Of a DNA stretch of 13,409 bases, positions 1 to 10,273 are shown piece by piece. Under the pieces are notes generated by a model. That model did not search any database, was not told the origin of the DNA, and saw nothing but the letters and a program-made list of their open reading frames with translations. The stretch covers positions 1 to 13,409 of the forward strand of contig JBHGNT010000954.1 of the NCBI GenBank assembly GCA_043228905.1, written 5' to 3'. Each line of letters starts with the position of its first letter. Within the stretch, counting starts at the first letter, position 1. The stretch comes from Azolla caroliniana. Taxonomy: Eukaryota > Plantae > Polypodiophyta. The translations under genes were made by a program, and so were the position numbers.

Positions 1-2282
1 AAACTTGGACAAGACAATTCCACGAATATGATTATTACCTAGATCACTAAGTAATTATTTTCCTAAATTTGTTGTTTTAAGCATTGTTGCATGTATCGAT
101 TATAAAAATAAAGAGTGAGTATGCACTCCTACACATCTTAAATGCAGGATTTTGTGTAGTATAAAAGACTTGTAGTGACGTTGAACACATGCATCCATTG
201 TTCTCACGATCAAGTAGTGAGCAATATTGTATTCTTGCCCTTATTATAACGTTCTTACACTTGATAGTGTATGTTGATGGTATGGGATGTTGGCTAACAA
301 AGTCGAGGTCAACTTGCTTGTTGCTAGTTGCAAGGCCCATAATGAGCTTATATAATGGCTCTTTAGTTTGGATGTGAGTTTGTATAGTTTATGTTATGCC
401 TTTTGTAGTTTCTGGATCACATAAGAGGAATAAAAATGTCATACAAACTTATCCCAAACTTATTTCTTTCAATAATAACTCATATTTTCAATGTGTTAGT
501 GGTAAATGCTCAATAAGAATTATCATTTCCTAGATTGACAACCAATCATTAGAAGATGTCGACAATTCCGCAAAACTTTCGAGATATTTTCTTATGTAGG
601 TAACTCATTTTAATTAACATCAAAAGAGAAAGGGATGTGTTATGAGTTTTGCATTTGGGTAGGCCAAATCTATGTTTACGTTGATGATATTTATTATTAA
701 TTAATTTTTGGAGTAGGAAATAATTATGTGTCTCTCATGGCAACCTTTTCTTGGATACATTTGAAGTTGTCACTTGTGTTTAATAAAAGGAATTGTATAT
801 AGTAAGCAAGATTTCTGTATGAATTTAAAATGGGGTTGGAATTAAACCGGTAACTTATTCACATGACATTTTACAAACCTATTAAAATGTCACAAAATAT
901 ACAGGTGATGATGTGATGTCTTTGATGTGCCCAATATTTTATGGTAGATAACATTAAGGCGGCATCTATAATAATAATAATATCTATGGTGAGAATGTCT
1001 ACCTAGATCAACATCCTACCCAATTGTAAATTAAAGGGTTTGTAGGCAGTTTTTACATGGTTAGTTAGGAGGTATCGAAAAGTTGAATTAAGTTCAACCA
1101 CTTTGAAGGGTTGACATTACATAAATGATATGTTGACAATGATTGAAGCAAATACTATGCTATCAAAGGAGGTTATTTGGGTTGTGAGGTCACAATTTCA
1201 AGGACACGTAGAGAGAGGGAGAGAAAATGGGTTCTTTTATTGAAGCCCCTAGATTTGATAGTGTCATGATTCTACTAAACTAGTGCACGCATAATGAGAT
1301 TTTGAATCCCAATTCATAGCTTGCCACTAGTGTGAAATGAAAATAAGCGCGACAAACGAAGAAACAACAAAAGGGTGAAATCTTTTGCTGATTTCTTAGG
1401 ACATATACAATAAGAATAATAAATCTCTCCCTCCCTCGCTCTCTCACGCACGCACTCAGTGTGCATTCTTGATAGCAATGTTCATCAATAAAATTCTTTT
1501 AACTTCGATTGAATTCCATACATACTCTTATAAAAAATATCTACTTTTGGTTCCACATGGTCATATTTGACCACCAAGGACAATAATAAAATATATCCAT
1601 CTATCTCGTTTATCATGAGCATGGAAAGGGTTGTTGAGAACATGGTCAAGGTTAAGAAAACTCATACTTCCTAGAATTGAATGGGAAAGCATCAATAAAA
1701 GTTCAAAAGTAAAAACTTGAGTTCAGGATGGATAGATGATGGGATACATTCATGACACTTGTGAGATAAGGGAGATGGTTTGATACTTCCTAAGGGAGGG
1801 GATTTTACAACATGACTAAGTCATGACTTAAGAGATATAATATTTCACCAAATTATAATCAACTTTGTATAGCTTGGGCAAACCACGCACACATGTACAA
1901 CCTAAAGTTCATCTCCTTGTCTTCCATCCTCACCATTGATTCCATATGACTTCCCTTCAATTTTTTCAATGTGAGATGAGATATTGGGACACATGTGAAG
2001 AGATTCATTGGCCATCTCCAACAAGTTGGTGAGTTCATCAGTCTCTACTACAATGCTTCATCTTGCATTGCATTTGAGTTACTTCCCTACTCTGATAGTT
2101 TGGCCCTATCCCTGTACACGTTTATAGCCATGATCACAATGTACTTTCTAAATTGTAACACTCATTACTATTGGTACACACATTTTCTCTTAGAACCGTG
2201 ATGTATGCTCTCAATTACAACATTCATTAGAAAAAATCACATGATCAAAAGTTGCTAATCTAAATAACAATGCGAAACATTG

Positions 2283-2285
<3 letters not shown>

Positions 2286-2365
<80 letters not shown>
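2286..2365. repeat. (TC)40 microsatellite
   Basis: 80 nt of perfect TC dinucleotide repeat. Confidence 0.99.
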
Positions 2366-2368
<3 letters not shown>

Positions 2369-3146
2369 ATGAGAGATTGTATGTGACCTCCAAAGGACGA
2401 CAATAAAATCTATCTCTTTGTATGTTTATGTGTCTATTAAGGACAACCATTTTCCAACTTAATCGTATACTATTTATTGTTTGGAATATTGAAAGTAGAG
2501 TTTGTTATTTTGCTATTTAAAATACCAAAGTATACTTTCTCTATCCATCATTTTACCACGAATATATAAGGGTATATCTATAATATTTTTGGCTATACAC
2601 TATTTTTATGCTAATGAGCAAGGTTTTACGCATGTGTATATACACTACAATTCTATTGTTTATCTATTGATATACAAAAATGATTCCTTTTTCAAGTAGC
2701 AACATGTAAAAGGATAAAAAAAACTTGAGAACATGAAAATTTGCAATATATGTGTGCATGGGTGTGCACAATGCTATATCAATCCCATTTCTTTGATGGG
2801 TGAACATTGTATCTATGAGAGCACAACAACACTTCCTCCTACTAGCATTACACATATAGGTTCGACCAAAAAAGTATCCATGGGAAAGAGTGTGGAGATA
2901 AATGGAAGGCTAACTAACGAATTTAGTCGATTGGTAAAATAGGTAGGAAACAAATCACAATAAATATAAGGTTACTAGCAAAGAAGGCTAAAAGTAAAGA
3001 TAGTACTTGTAGTAAATTTTCGAAGACATGTAATTGTCAGGTGTGATTGGGTGGGTGGCGCATCTAGTGTGCACTCTTGAACAAAGAAAATGCATTTTGT
3101 TCATTTATAAAACAAATATAGAAATGCGATTTCAATTAGGCAAAAC

Positions 3147-3239
3147 AAAAAGGAAAGAAGAAAGAAATGGGGAATCACATAGGTCCACAAGCAATAAAAA
3201 GGAAAGAAGAAAGAAGAGAAATAAATGGGAAATCACATA
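3147..3239. repeat. Imperfect two-copy tandem duplication, offset 49 nt
   Basis: aaaaaggaaagaagaaagaa...atggg(g/a)aatcacata begins at both 3147 and 3196. Confidence 0.85.
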
Positions 3240-5246
3240 ATATTAAATCATACATGAATTTTTTAGTTGCCTGATGTCCAAATGGGATTAAATTTGCAAC
3301 ATACACCTTGTTCGCACATAGCAAGAGACACAACATATACTTGCACATTGTCTTTACTATAACATAACTGCATTGGATACATAGCATAGACAACATGCAC
3401 ATAAATCATTTGTTCCCTTCTTGTTTACAAGGTTATGTTCCTTTAAACAAGGATTTATTAATCCACTAAGACTTCCTTAGAGTACAAATGGTTATTAGAC
3501 AATAGTTTACAAAGCTTTCTCTCAAATGCAAATGTAAATTGCTCAACTTATTATCTTGTGTCGAAGGTTCCCTTATAAGTATGTAAGGAAGAGAATGAAC
3601 TTTTTGTAAGTTTAATTGTTTGTGACATATAAAATCTTATTGAACTAGGAGAACTTTAATTAACAAGCACATATGGCAATCCAAAGTCTTGGACAACGAT
3701 GAAACCTCTTAGTTTAATACATTCATAGCCAACTGGAACACGAGATACAAATTTACAAACCTATAAAAAAAGTGTGGGCAAGTACTTACATCGATGACAT
3801 AGGGAAAGCATGGAGCCATAACATTTGGGATGTTGCCACGACCAAGGGTTGCAAATAATGCAACATGTATGGCCTTGGCAACTTAGTCAATGTGTTCAAT
3901 CTCTTACAACCTTAATGGACTCTCTTGCAATCTTATGTGTATACTTTTACCCAAGGTGTGCCTTATCCAAATATGACTATAGATTACGGGAAAGCCACGA
4001 ACGTAGAAACGCATGAGGATTCATGTACATTATGTTATCATCAACTATGATGCACAATGCACACCATATTCCAACTTAAACATATCTTATAGATCTACAA
4101 TAAGGTGTTGGTATCATTACCCAAGGAATGCTTCTGAAGCATAATCAATGTGATCGAGGAACATGTGAAATGGTTAGGAAAAGGGCTCCACAAAACCATT
4201 TGATGATGGTGGGCCTTGACAACTGCCCTTTTTCAGTTTCTTCTTACATGCTATTGCCATTATTAAACAACTCCTTCAAATTTTTAAGTGTAACGCACAA
4301 CATTTCAAACTAGACTAAGCATCACATTAAATATGTACATATAACCATTATTCGGAATGTGAAATGGTAAAATACGGAAAAACAAAAGTTAATTACTACC
4401 ATGTCATGCATTATCAATGATGTTAGAGACAATATAATTTTCCAAGAAAAATTTATTTGTTCGTAGTGACCTGTTTTCCTTGAACAAATTTAAAAAGTTG
4501 ATTGATTCACAATCCCACAATCACTTGGGAAAATCAAGAATGTACGGCAAATCAAGAAAAAAGTTTTACTTTAAGCAACAACGTTAACAATGCTTCAACC
4601 TTCCTAATTGTTTCCTTAAAAGATAATAAACTATAAAACCCATGGCTTGCTCGAGTATATTCCATATATGTATCCCAATCGGGAATGTACAAAGTGAAAC
4701 ATCCAAGCTTACTAATAGCAAATATCTCTATAAGACATTCCAAAGAACAATGGCCTTACAACTTACAAGTTGGGAAGATTGGCACATAGGATATTTCCAC
4801 GTATTTACAAGCCTGTTCCCCCCCTTACAGTAGAATTTAGACGACCAAAAACTTAGAGAATTGCAACTAAATGGTAACTTGATAATTAATGGTCAGTTGG
4901 TTAGTTTATGTTTCCCTTTAAACCTCATTAGGCGAATTCCTAGGAAATCATAACATTCATTTAAATATTATGGCCCCACGTACATTGATTTTTAACACAC
5001 GACACGAGGAAATATGTTTTCCATCTTTACGTGTTTTAATTTATTACTAAGCAAGGAGCTCATTGAACAACGTATACGCGACGTGTGGAAGAATAATGTA
5101 ATAAAATAAAAGGCACACGCACAGTAGCTTTAACCAATCATACGAAAAATGTCAAAAACAATTTATGTGAGTGGGGTTTTTTTCATATTAAACAATTTTT
5201 TTTCAATAATGGCATACCCAAAGGCATGGTCCATAGTCGGGGGCAC

Positions 5247-5379
5247 GAGAGAGACAAATGAACAAAATATAAGAACTTAAGAACACATTATTATATTTTT
5301 GTCATTTCACATAACAATGAGAGAGACGTATGAACAAAATATAGAATAACTAAAGAATATTTTGTTAATTCACACAACA
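5247..5379. repeat. Imperfect two-copy tandem duplication, offset 72 nt
   Basis: gagagagac..atgaacaaaatata...tattttgt...ttcaca.aaca begins at both 5247 and 5319. Confidence 0.85.
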
Positions 5380-6329
5380 CAAGATGTTCTCCTAAGTCCT
5401 AGGGACAATGGACTTATGTAAGCCAAAAGTGGATGTATGTCGTGGCTATTGCTCATTGTAGTGAACACATACTTGTTTACATGAAATTAAAGAACAAGGT
5501 ATTATGTGCAAGTAAGAATGAAGCATGCCATCATAATGTTATGTTGCATCAACCAATGAAAAGAGGCGCATACCTTTCTATGGTTGCTAGTTACTATCTC
5601 AATCATGTAATCATTTGGTGATGAACTTGTTGTCATCCTAGGAATTTTGTGACACAACCATGAGCAATGATGACCCAAACATAACCCTTCCATGACTTGG
5701 CCAAGCGATGAAAAATAAAGCAAAAATTTAATCACTAGAAAGGATTAAAAAAAACCAACATTAAGCCCTATCATGCATTGGAGGAAATTTTAAGGAAATT
5801 TATTTATCTACTATATTTAGCCATCAAATGAAGGATGAAATGTGGAGGAGAGCTTCAACAAGGTTTTCGAGTACTTGAATTTGAAACAATGACATAAAAC
5901 AAAGATAATGTTGCTTCAATTCCCATGGAAGAGCCCATCCTCAAATGTGAACCGATCTAATGAGTCATCATGTTTCAAGAACTTGTCATATTTGTCAACC
6001 CCCTTTTGATCACATGGATTACTAAATTAGAGTTTGGTGATGCCATTGCAATATCGTTCATGGTCAATTCTCCCTACAATGAACAATAGATGTGTATAGA
6101 TTTATGTAGGGAATATATTGAACAAGATATATATGTTTTATGTATATATGAGAGAGTATAAGGTTACCAATGAAAAAGTTCATTAGCAAATCGGGGGATG
6201 ATTATGCAGTTATAAATCTACTAATAAACTATATAACTCAACAATATTTCAAGGGTAAATCAACTCAGCCTAGAAGATGGTGGGCTTGTTCTATAGATTT
6301 TATGTCTACTTCGCATAGACATAACATAC

Positions 6330-6540
6330 ATGTATTTTACAGGGATGGCACCAAGTCAAGCTACACGACATTTTTCTCAAAATTTTGTTACGTGTCTTAA
6401 ATTGTTCCTAACTTCCTCAAACACTACAAAGTCATCTATGAATACTTTCATGAAGGTTGGATTGAATGGTTTGAGCATCTCGATTGATTAAACAGAACTT
6501 GTTGACAGATTTGCAAGAATATGCCACAATTGGCATTGAG
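6330..6540 (-). mobile_element. Decayed Ty3/Gypsy LTR-retrotransposon reverse-transcriptase fragment; boundaries approximate
   Basis: Minus frame 6481-6353 reads EMLKPFNPTFMKVFIDDFVVFEEVRNNLRHVTKF*EKCRVA*L. This contains the F/YxDD catalytic motif in the Gypsy context FM.VF.DDF.V...HL......KCR...L, with in-frame stops. Confidence 0.75.
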
Positions 6541-6569
6541 TTTTCGGGGGAATTTACCTTTGGTTCTAA

Positions 6570-7410
6570 TGGGTGGTGAGTAGAATCAAGATTCAATCTT
6601 GAAGATGTAGCTACTCAGAGCTCATCCCAATAGTTAGTATGATATTCTGAAAATGTAGAATAAACAATTACTTGGTTGAGTCCATCAAATATCGTAGTAT
6701 TAGGTGAGTAGCAATAACATGCACAATGGGCATAGTTGTCATAGAGATAATATATAAGGTATCACCCTTGTTTATCCATAATCGAGCATAAACATTTGAC
6801 ATTACACCTAACTTGAACGTGGAAGTGTACCAAAACCTATATGAGGCATACATAATTTGGATTCCTTAGAAAAAACCACAACTATTTATGCATATTCAAA
6901 ATAATACGAAGGATGTGCTCACATTAATCCATACTTTATGGGGTGGATAATAGAAGGCAACACATTTTGAAGTTGATTTACAATTACTTTGGCAAAAAAC
7001 TTATACAAGCCACCCATTTACAATATTCGTTTTTACTGCCACAACATACAAGAAAGATAACTTTTGGTAAAAGATTAATGAGACCAAAATTCCATGATTT
7101 GAGCCTCTTTGTTGAGTCTTTGCAGTCTAGAAATAATGTCATAAGGGAACCTTTGTGTTGCTCAACAAAAGCCTTAAGAAAATCATTTGTAATGTCACTC
7201 CAATATTGGCTCATGTCATCCAAAACACGCGGAGAGACACACTACACCTCATCTTCGTTTATATCTTCTTCCAAAGTCATCATGACTTGGTGATCGACTT
7301 CTCCTAAATTTATGCCAATGACATTAACCATGATTGTCTCATCTCATCATCAAGGAAAAACAACCTAAAAGACTTGAAAAATGTTAAACACATTTATTGG
7401 TAATTACATG
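6570..7410 (-). mobile_element. Decayed LINE (L1-like non-LTR retrotransposon) ORF2 reverse-transcriptase fragment; boundaries approximate
   Basis: Frameshifted minus-strand peptides occur in the expected order: FFKSFR (~7364-7381), DITNDFLKAF...KSWNFGLINLLPK, MGGLYKFFAKVIVNQLQNVLPSIIHPIKYGL (7017-6925), HILRIILNM, IATHLILRYL. These resemble L1 RT motifs (SWN.G.I.L.PK; YKI.AK.LANRL..VLP.II...Q.GF). Confidence 0.8.
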
Positions 7411-8111
7411 TGGACAACAAAATTAATATTCTTCTCTAAACATACTATATTAAATCTAGCATGGGAGGCATGTTACTCATGGATTAATCAATGGGAGTAG
7501 CAACTTCAATGATGTGGTTGCCAACCCATTCTTACTAAAACAATATTTTTGATAACTACACACCTCAAGGTCTCATGGAATTCGAGAGAAAGTAGCACAT
7601 ATCTTCTTGATGACACATCACTAGCAAGGTGGGATATTGACAATACAATACATATGTCAGATTGTTGTTAGATGAATGCCTCCATTGTTTCTCAATGCAC
7701 GAGAAATTCCACGATGATGGTTAAAATGTTGAAAATTAGAGAGGAGAATATCCCAAGCACAAACATTTGGACCTCCTTGTCTCGTAAAATCTATTATCAA
7801 TTGTCCCATGACTCGAGAAAATTATTATCTCCCTGAAAGGAAGATTGTAATCGTTAGGGTGGCATTCCCAATAAAAGGGTGGAAATCGTCTAAATGATGC
7901 ATACGCTTGACACTTGCATTATCAATGCTTCTCAACAATAATGCGTCATCATGCATTACATATATGTGATCAAACCGAATTGAAAATGTTATTGTGTAGA
8001 ATAAAACTAGAAGAAACACCCATATAAATCAATGTATCGGGAGTTCAAAACAATGTGCATAGGTGTATATGCTTTGTCCTAACTCCCGAAATGTCTCTTT
8101 TGTGAGTACAT

Positions 8112-8124
8112 GGGGGGGGGGGGG
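8112..8124. repeat. G13 homopolymer
   Basis: 13 consecutive G bases. Confidence 0.95.
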
Positions 8125-8711
8125 TGTAAACCTACACATGACTCATGCATTTTTCTTAATGGCACACCTACAACCCATAGAATTATGGGAAGAAAGCATG
8201 TGTATCTCTTATCTTTCTAAAATACGTAACTACATGTTTTAAATTCCCAAGTGATGCCAATCATATTTTAGTAAATTTATCTACTAATAGTGATACATCG
8301 ACACTAGGCTCTTCCTGAGAGAGCCGTCATTCCTTTGATCTTACTTATATCACAACTAACAAATAGATTTTAGATAGAAAGAACGAGCACAAAGACGAAG
8401 GCATGGGGCAAAATGTTAGGCTTGAGGTTTCGTCCATACTCTCGACGAGTTTTTTTTTTCCCGGAATTCGAGCAATTCCTAGACCAGCTATGACGTTAAA
8501 TGGAGGAGTGACAACACAAGGCTCCGGGAGGAGAGAAAGGGGTCGGGTATTGGCTCGTACCGGGAGCGGTGGACGTGTGTGCGGATTTGCCGGGTTTCCT
8601 CAAGCAATGGACCCGAAAACCTAGTGAACAAGAAACCATGACTACGGGCGGGTGGGCGGGCGTGGCATGGACCGATCCGCCCATCCCCTCTCACATAACA
8701 CACACACCCAT

Positions 8712-8714
<3 letters not shown>

Positions 8715-8768
<54 letters not shown>
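8715..8768. repeat. (GA)27 microsatellite
   Basis: 54 nt of perfect GA repeat. Confidence 0.99.
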
Positions 8769-8770
<2 letters not shown>

Positions 8771-8927
8771 CCACGTGCGCGAGAGTGAGGCCACACATCT
8801 ACTTTCACTCGTCCGACCGGCGTAGACAGTAGTAGGCCGGGCTCCGTCGCATTGGAGACCGGCTACCGGCGGTTGCCTGAGCTTTTTATTTCTTTATTAC
8901 TCTGCTTTCTGGCTCCAGGGGGATTGT

Positions 8928-8937
8928 GCCACGTGGC
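8928..8937. promoter_or_regulatory. Palindromic G-box GCCACGTGGC; a second CACGTG lies at 8772-8777
   Basis: Perfect 10-bp G-box/ABRE-type palindrome, the established bZIP/bHLH site, inside the GC island. Confidence 0.65.
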
Positions 8938-9007
8938 CTAGCAGACAAAAAGATTACCGAAAGCAAGCGGTTGGCGTTCATCTCCGCACCGCCTATTGCC
9001 GGTTGCA

Positions 9008-9017
9008 CTGATTGGCT
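9008..9017 (-). promoter_or_regulatory. CCAAT box (AGCCAATCAG on the minus strand)
   Basis: Full match to the extended NF-Y consensus, about 90 nt upstream of the AC/CT tract. Confidence 0.55.
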
Positions 9018-9106
9018 GTCTTCTTCATCTCTCTGTTTGTCTGTCTGTCTGTTTATCGTCTCCTGCGCCATAGCCACACAGAGCTCTGTGTACTATTGGC
9101 TTCTTA

Positions 9107-9129
9107 ACACACACACACACACACACACA

Positions 9130-9177
<48 letters not shown>
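9107..9177. repeat. Compound (AC)13(TC)22 microsatellite
   Basis: Read directly. Further CT tracts lie at 9279-9296, 9334-9363 and 9520-9537. Confidence 0.98.
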
Positions 9178-9182
<5 letters not shown>

Positions 9183-9330
9183 TTGAGGAGAGAAGAGAGA
9201 GAAGAGAGCGAAGGGAGGAACTTTTTGCTGCTTTCCTGAGTCGTTTCTCAGGAAAACATATTCAAATCCCTTCACCAACTCTCTCTCTCTCTCTCTGCAA
9301 TTACGCAGCAACTCGCTTCTTCTAGCTGAG

Positions 9331-9366
<36 letters not shown>

Positions 9367-9941
9367 CCGTGTAAGAGTTCCAATCTCATTCAGACCTCCC
9401 TTATAGGTCTCCGCAGACTCTGATTGTTAAAATTTTCTAATAATTAAACGATTGTAGCGTGGTTATATGTGTTCTTCCTACCTCGCAATCTCCATCAAAA
9501 TCTATTCGCAGTCTGTGAATCTCTCTCTCTCTCTCTCATCATCACCGTTTCTGTCTCGATCTCTCGTTTTTCGGAACGACAAGGATTCCGTATGACCGGA
9601 AGCCACCACATCTCACAGTTATCTGCGTACTGCGCTCTACCACCGGTGATTGCATTAAAGCTCAGAGTTTTGGTTGCAGATTTTGTCCGGGGACTTCTCA
9701 GATCGTAAGCCTTAACCCGAAGTAGGATTTGACAACATATTTCTTCAAGACCTCAGTCATTGCTAATCGATCTGTTTATATAGCAAAAGCGATTCCTGAG
9801 AGTCGGTTTCAAACACTTTGTTAAAAGGTTTGCTTCCAGCAGGAAGGCATAGCTCGGAGAGTAGTTTTGGCGGCATATTTTTTCGACAAATTTCTATCTA
9901 GGCAATTCATTCGATCTCTTTTGCTAATCTTTTGCATCCAG
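9331..9941 (+). other. Putative 5'-UTR intron of CPR; the donor is uncertain (alternatives at 9371 and 9705)
   Basis: Donor GAG|GTACTC followed by a CT tract; branch-like CTAAT at 9924; T-rich tract and CAG at 9939-9941; no ATG between this acceptor and 10019. Confidence 0.45.
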
Positions 9942-10018
9942 CAAAAAGCCATTTCTCTGAGTAGTAGAGATTTTTATAGATCTCTTGGGGCGATCGGTCC
10001 AAAATAGTTTCTCAAACG

Positions 10019-10273
10019 ATGACAGCATCCAATCCGATTCCTCTCTCTGGAAGCCCGCTCTTCTTGCCTGTAGTTGCTGCGGTCTTCTTGCTGTCATCTG
10101 CTCTCTTTCTATGGAGGCTTTTAGGGGGCTCTCACACCAAGAAGGCTGTGGAGAATGTTGCTCCCAAGAAACTCACGTTACACGCCCCTGAGGCCGAACC
10201 TGAAGATCTAACAAAGAAGAAGGTCTCTGTGTTCTTTGGAACTCAAACCGGCACAGCAGAAGGTTTTGCTAAG
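10019..10273 (+). CDS. CPR: CPR coding exon 1: membrane anchor and FMN phosphate-binding loop (MTASNP...[12 protein letters not shown])
   Basis: ATG at 10019; [20 protein letters not shown] transmembrane-like segment; donor AAG|GTATGA at 10274; 255 nt, phase 0. Confidence 0.93.

Larger units (their letters stand above)
8450..9106. promoter_or_regulatory. GC/CpG-rich putative promoter region of CPR
   Basis: GC and CG content rise sharply relative to the AT-rich upstream DNA. The region holds G-boxes, an inverted CCAAT box and MYB cores, and is followed by CT tracts typical of plant 5' leaders. No clear TATA box is visible. Confidence 0.7.

Noticed and set aside
864-892. 10-bp inverted repeat TGACATTTTA/TAAAATGTCA
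   Set aside because: It is AT-rich, isolated and too short for a MITE or pre-miRNA.
1210-1437. Inverted GA/CT-rich segments about 200 nt apart, resembling TIRs
   Set aside because: The match is low-complexity and I found no target-site duplication.
1811-1830. Overlapping palindromes, including TAAGTCATGACTTA
   Set aside because: A 14-bp palindrome is expected roughly once by chance in a 13-kb AT-rich window, and there is no supporting context.
77-5735. Many 60-87 aa ORFs in the AT-rich upstream region
   Set aside because: No recognisable motifs or coherent exon structure. Some may be older transposon debris (e.g. 1880-2140, 3800-3960, 4642-4833), but I could not assign a family.
8403-9389. 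ORFs containing RERERE, SLSLSL and THTHTH runs
   Set aside because: They are artefacts of GA, CT and AC microsatellites and GC-rich sequence, with no recognisable domain.
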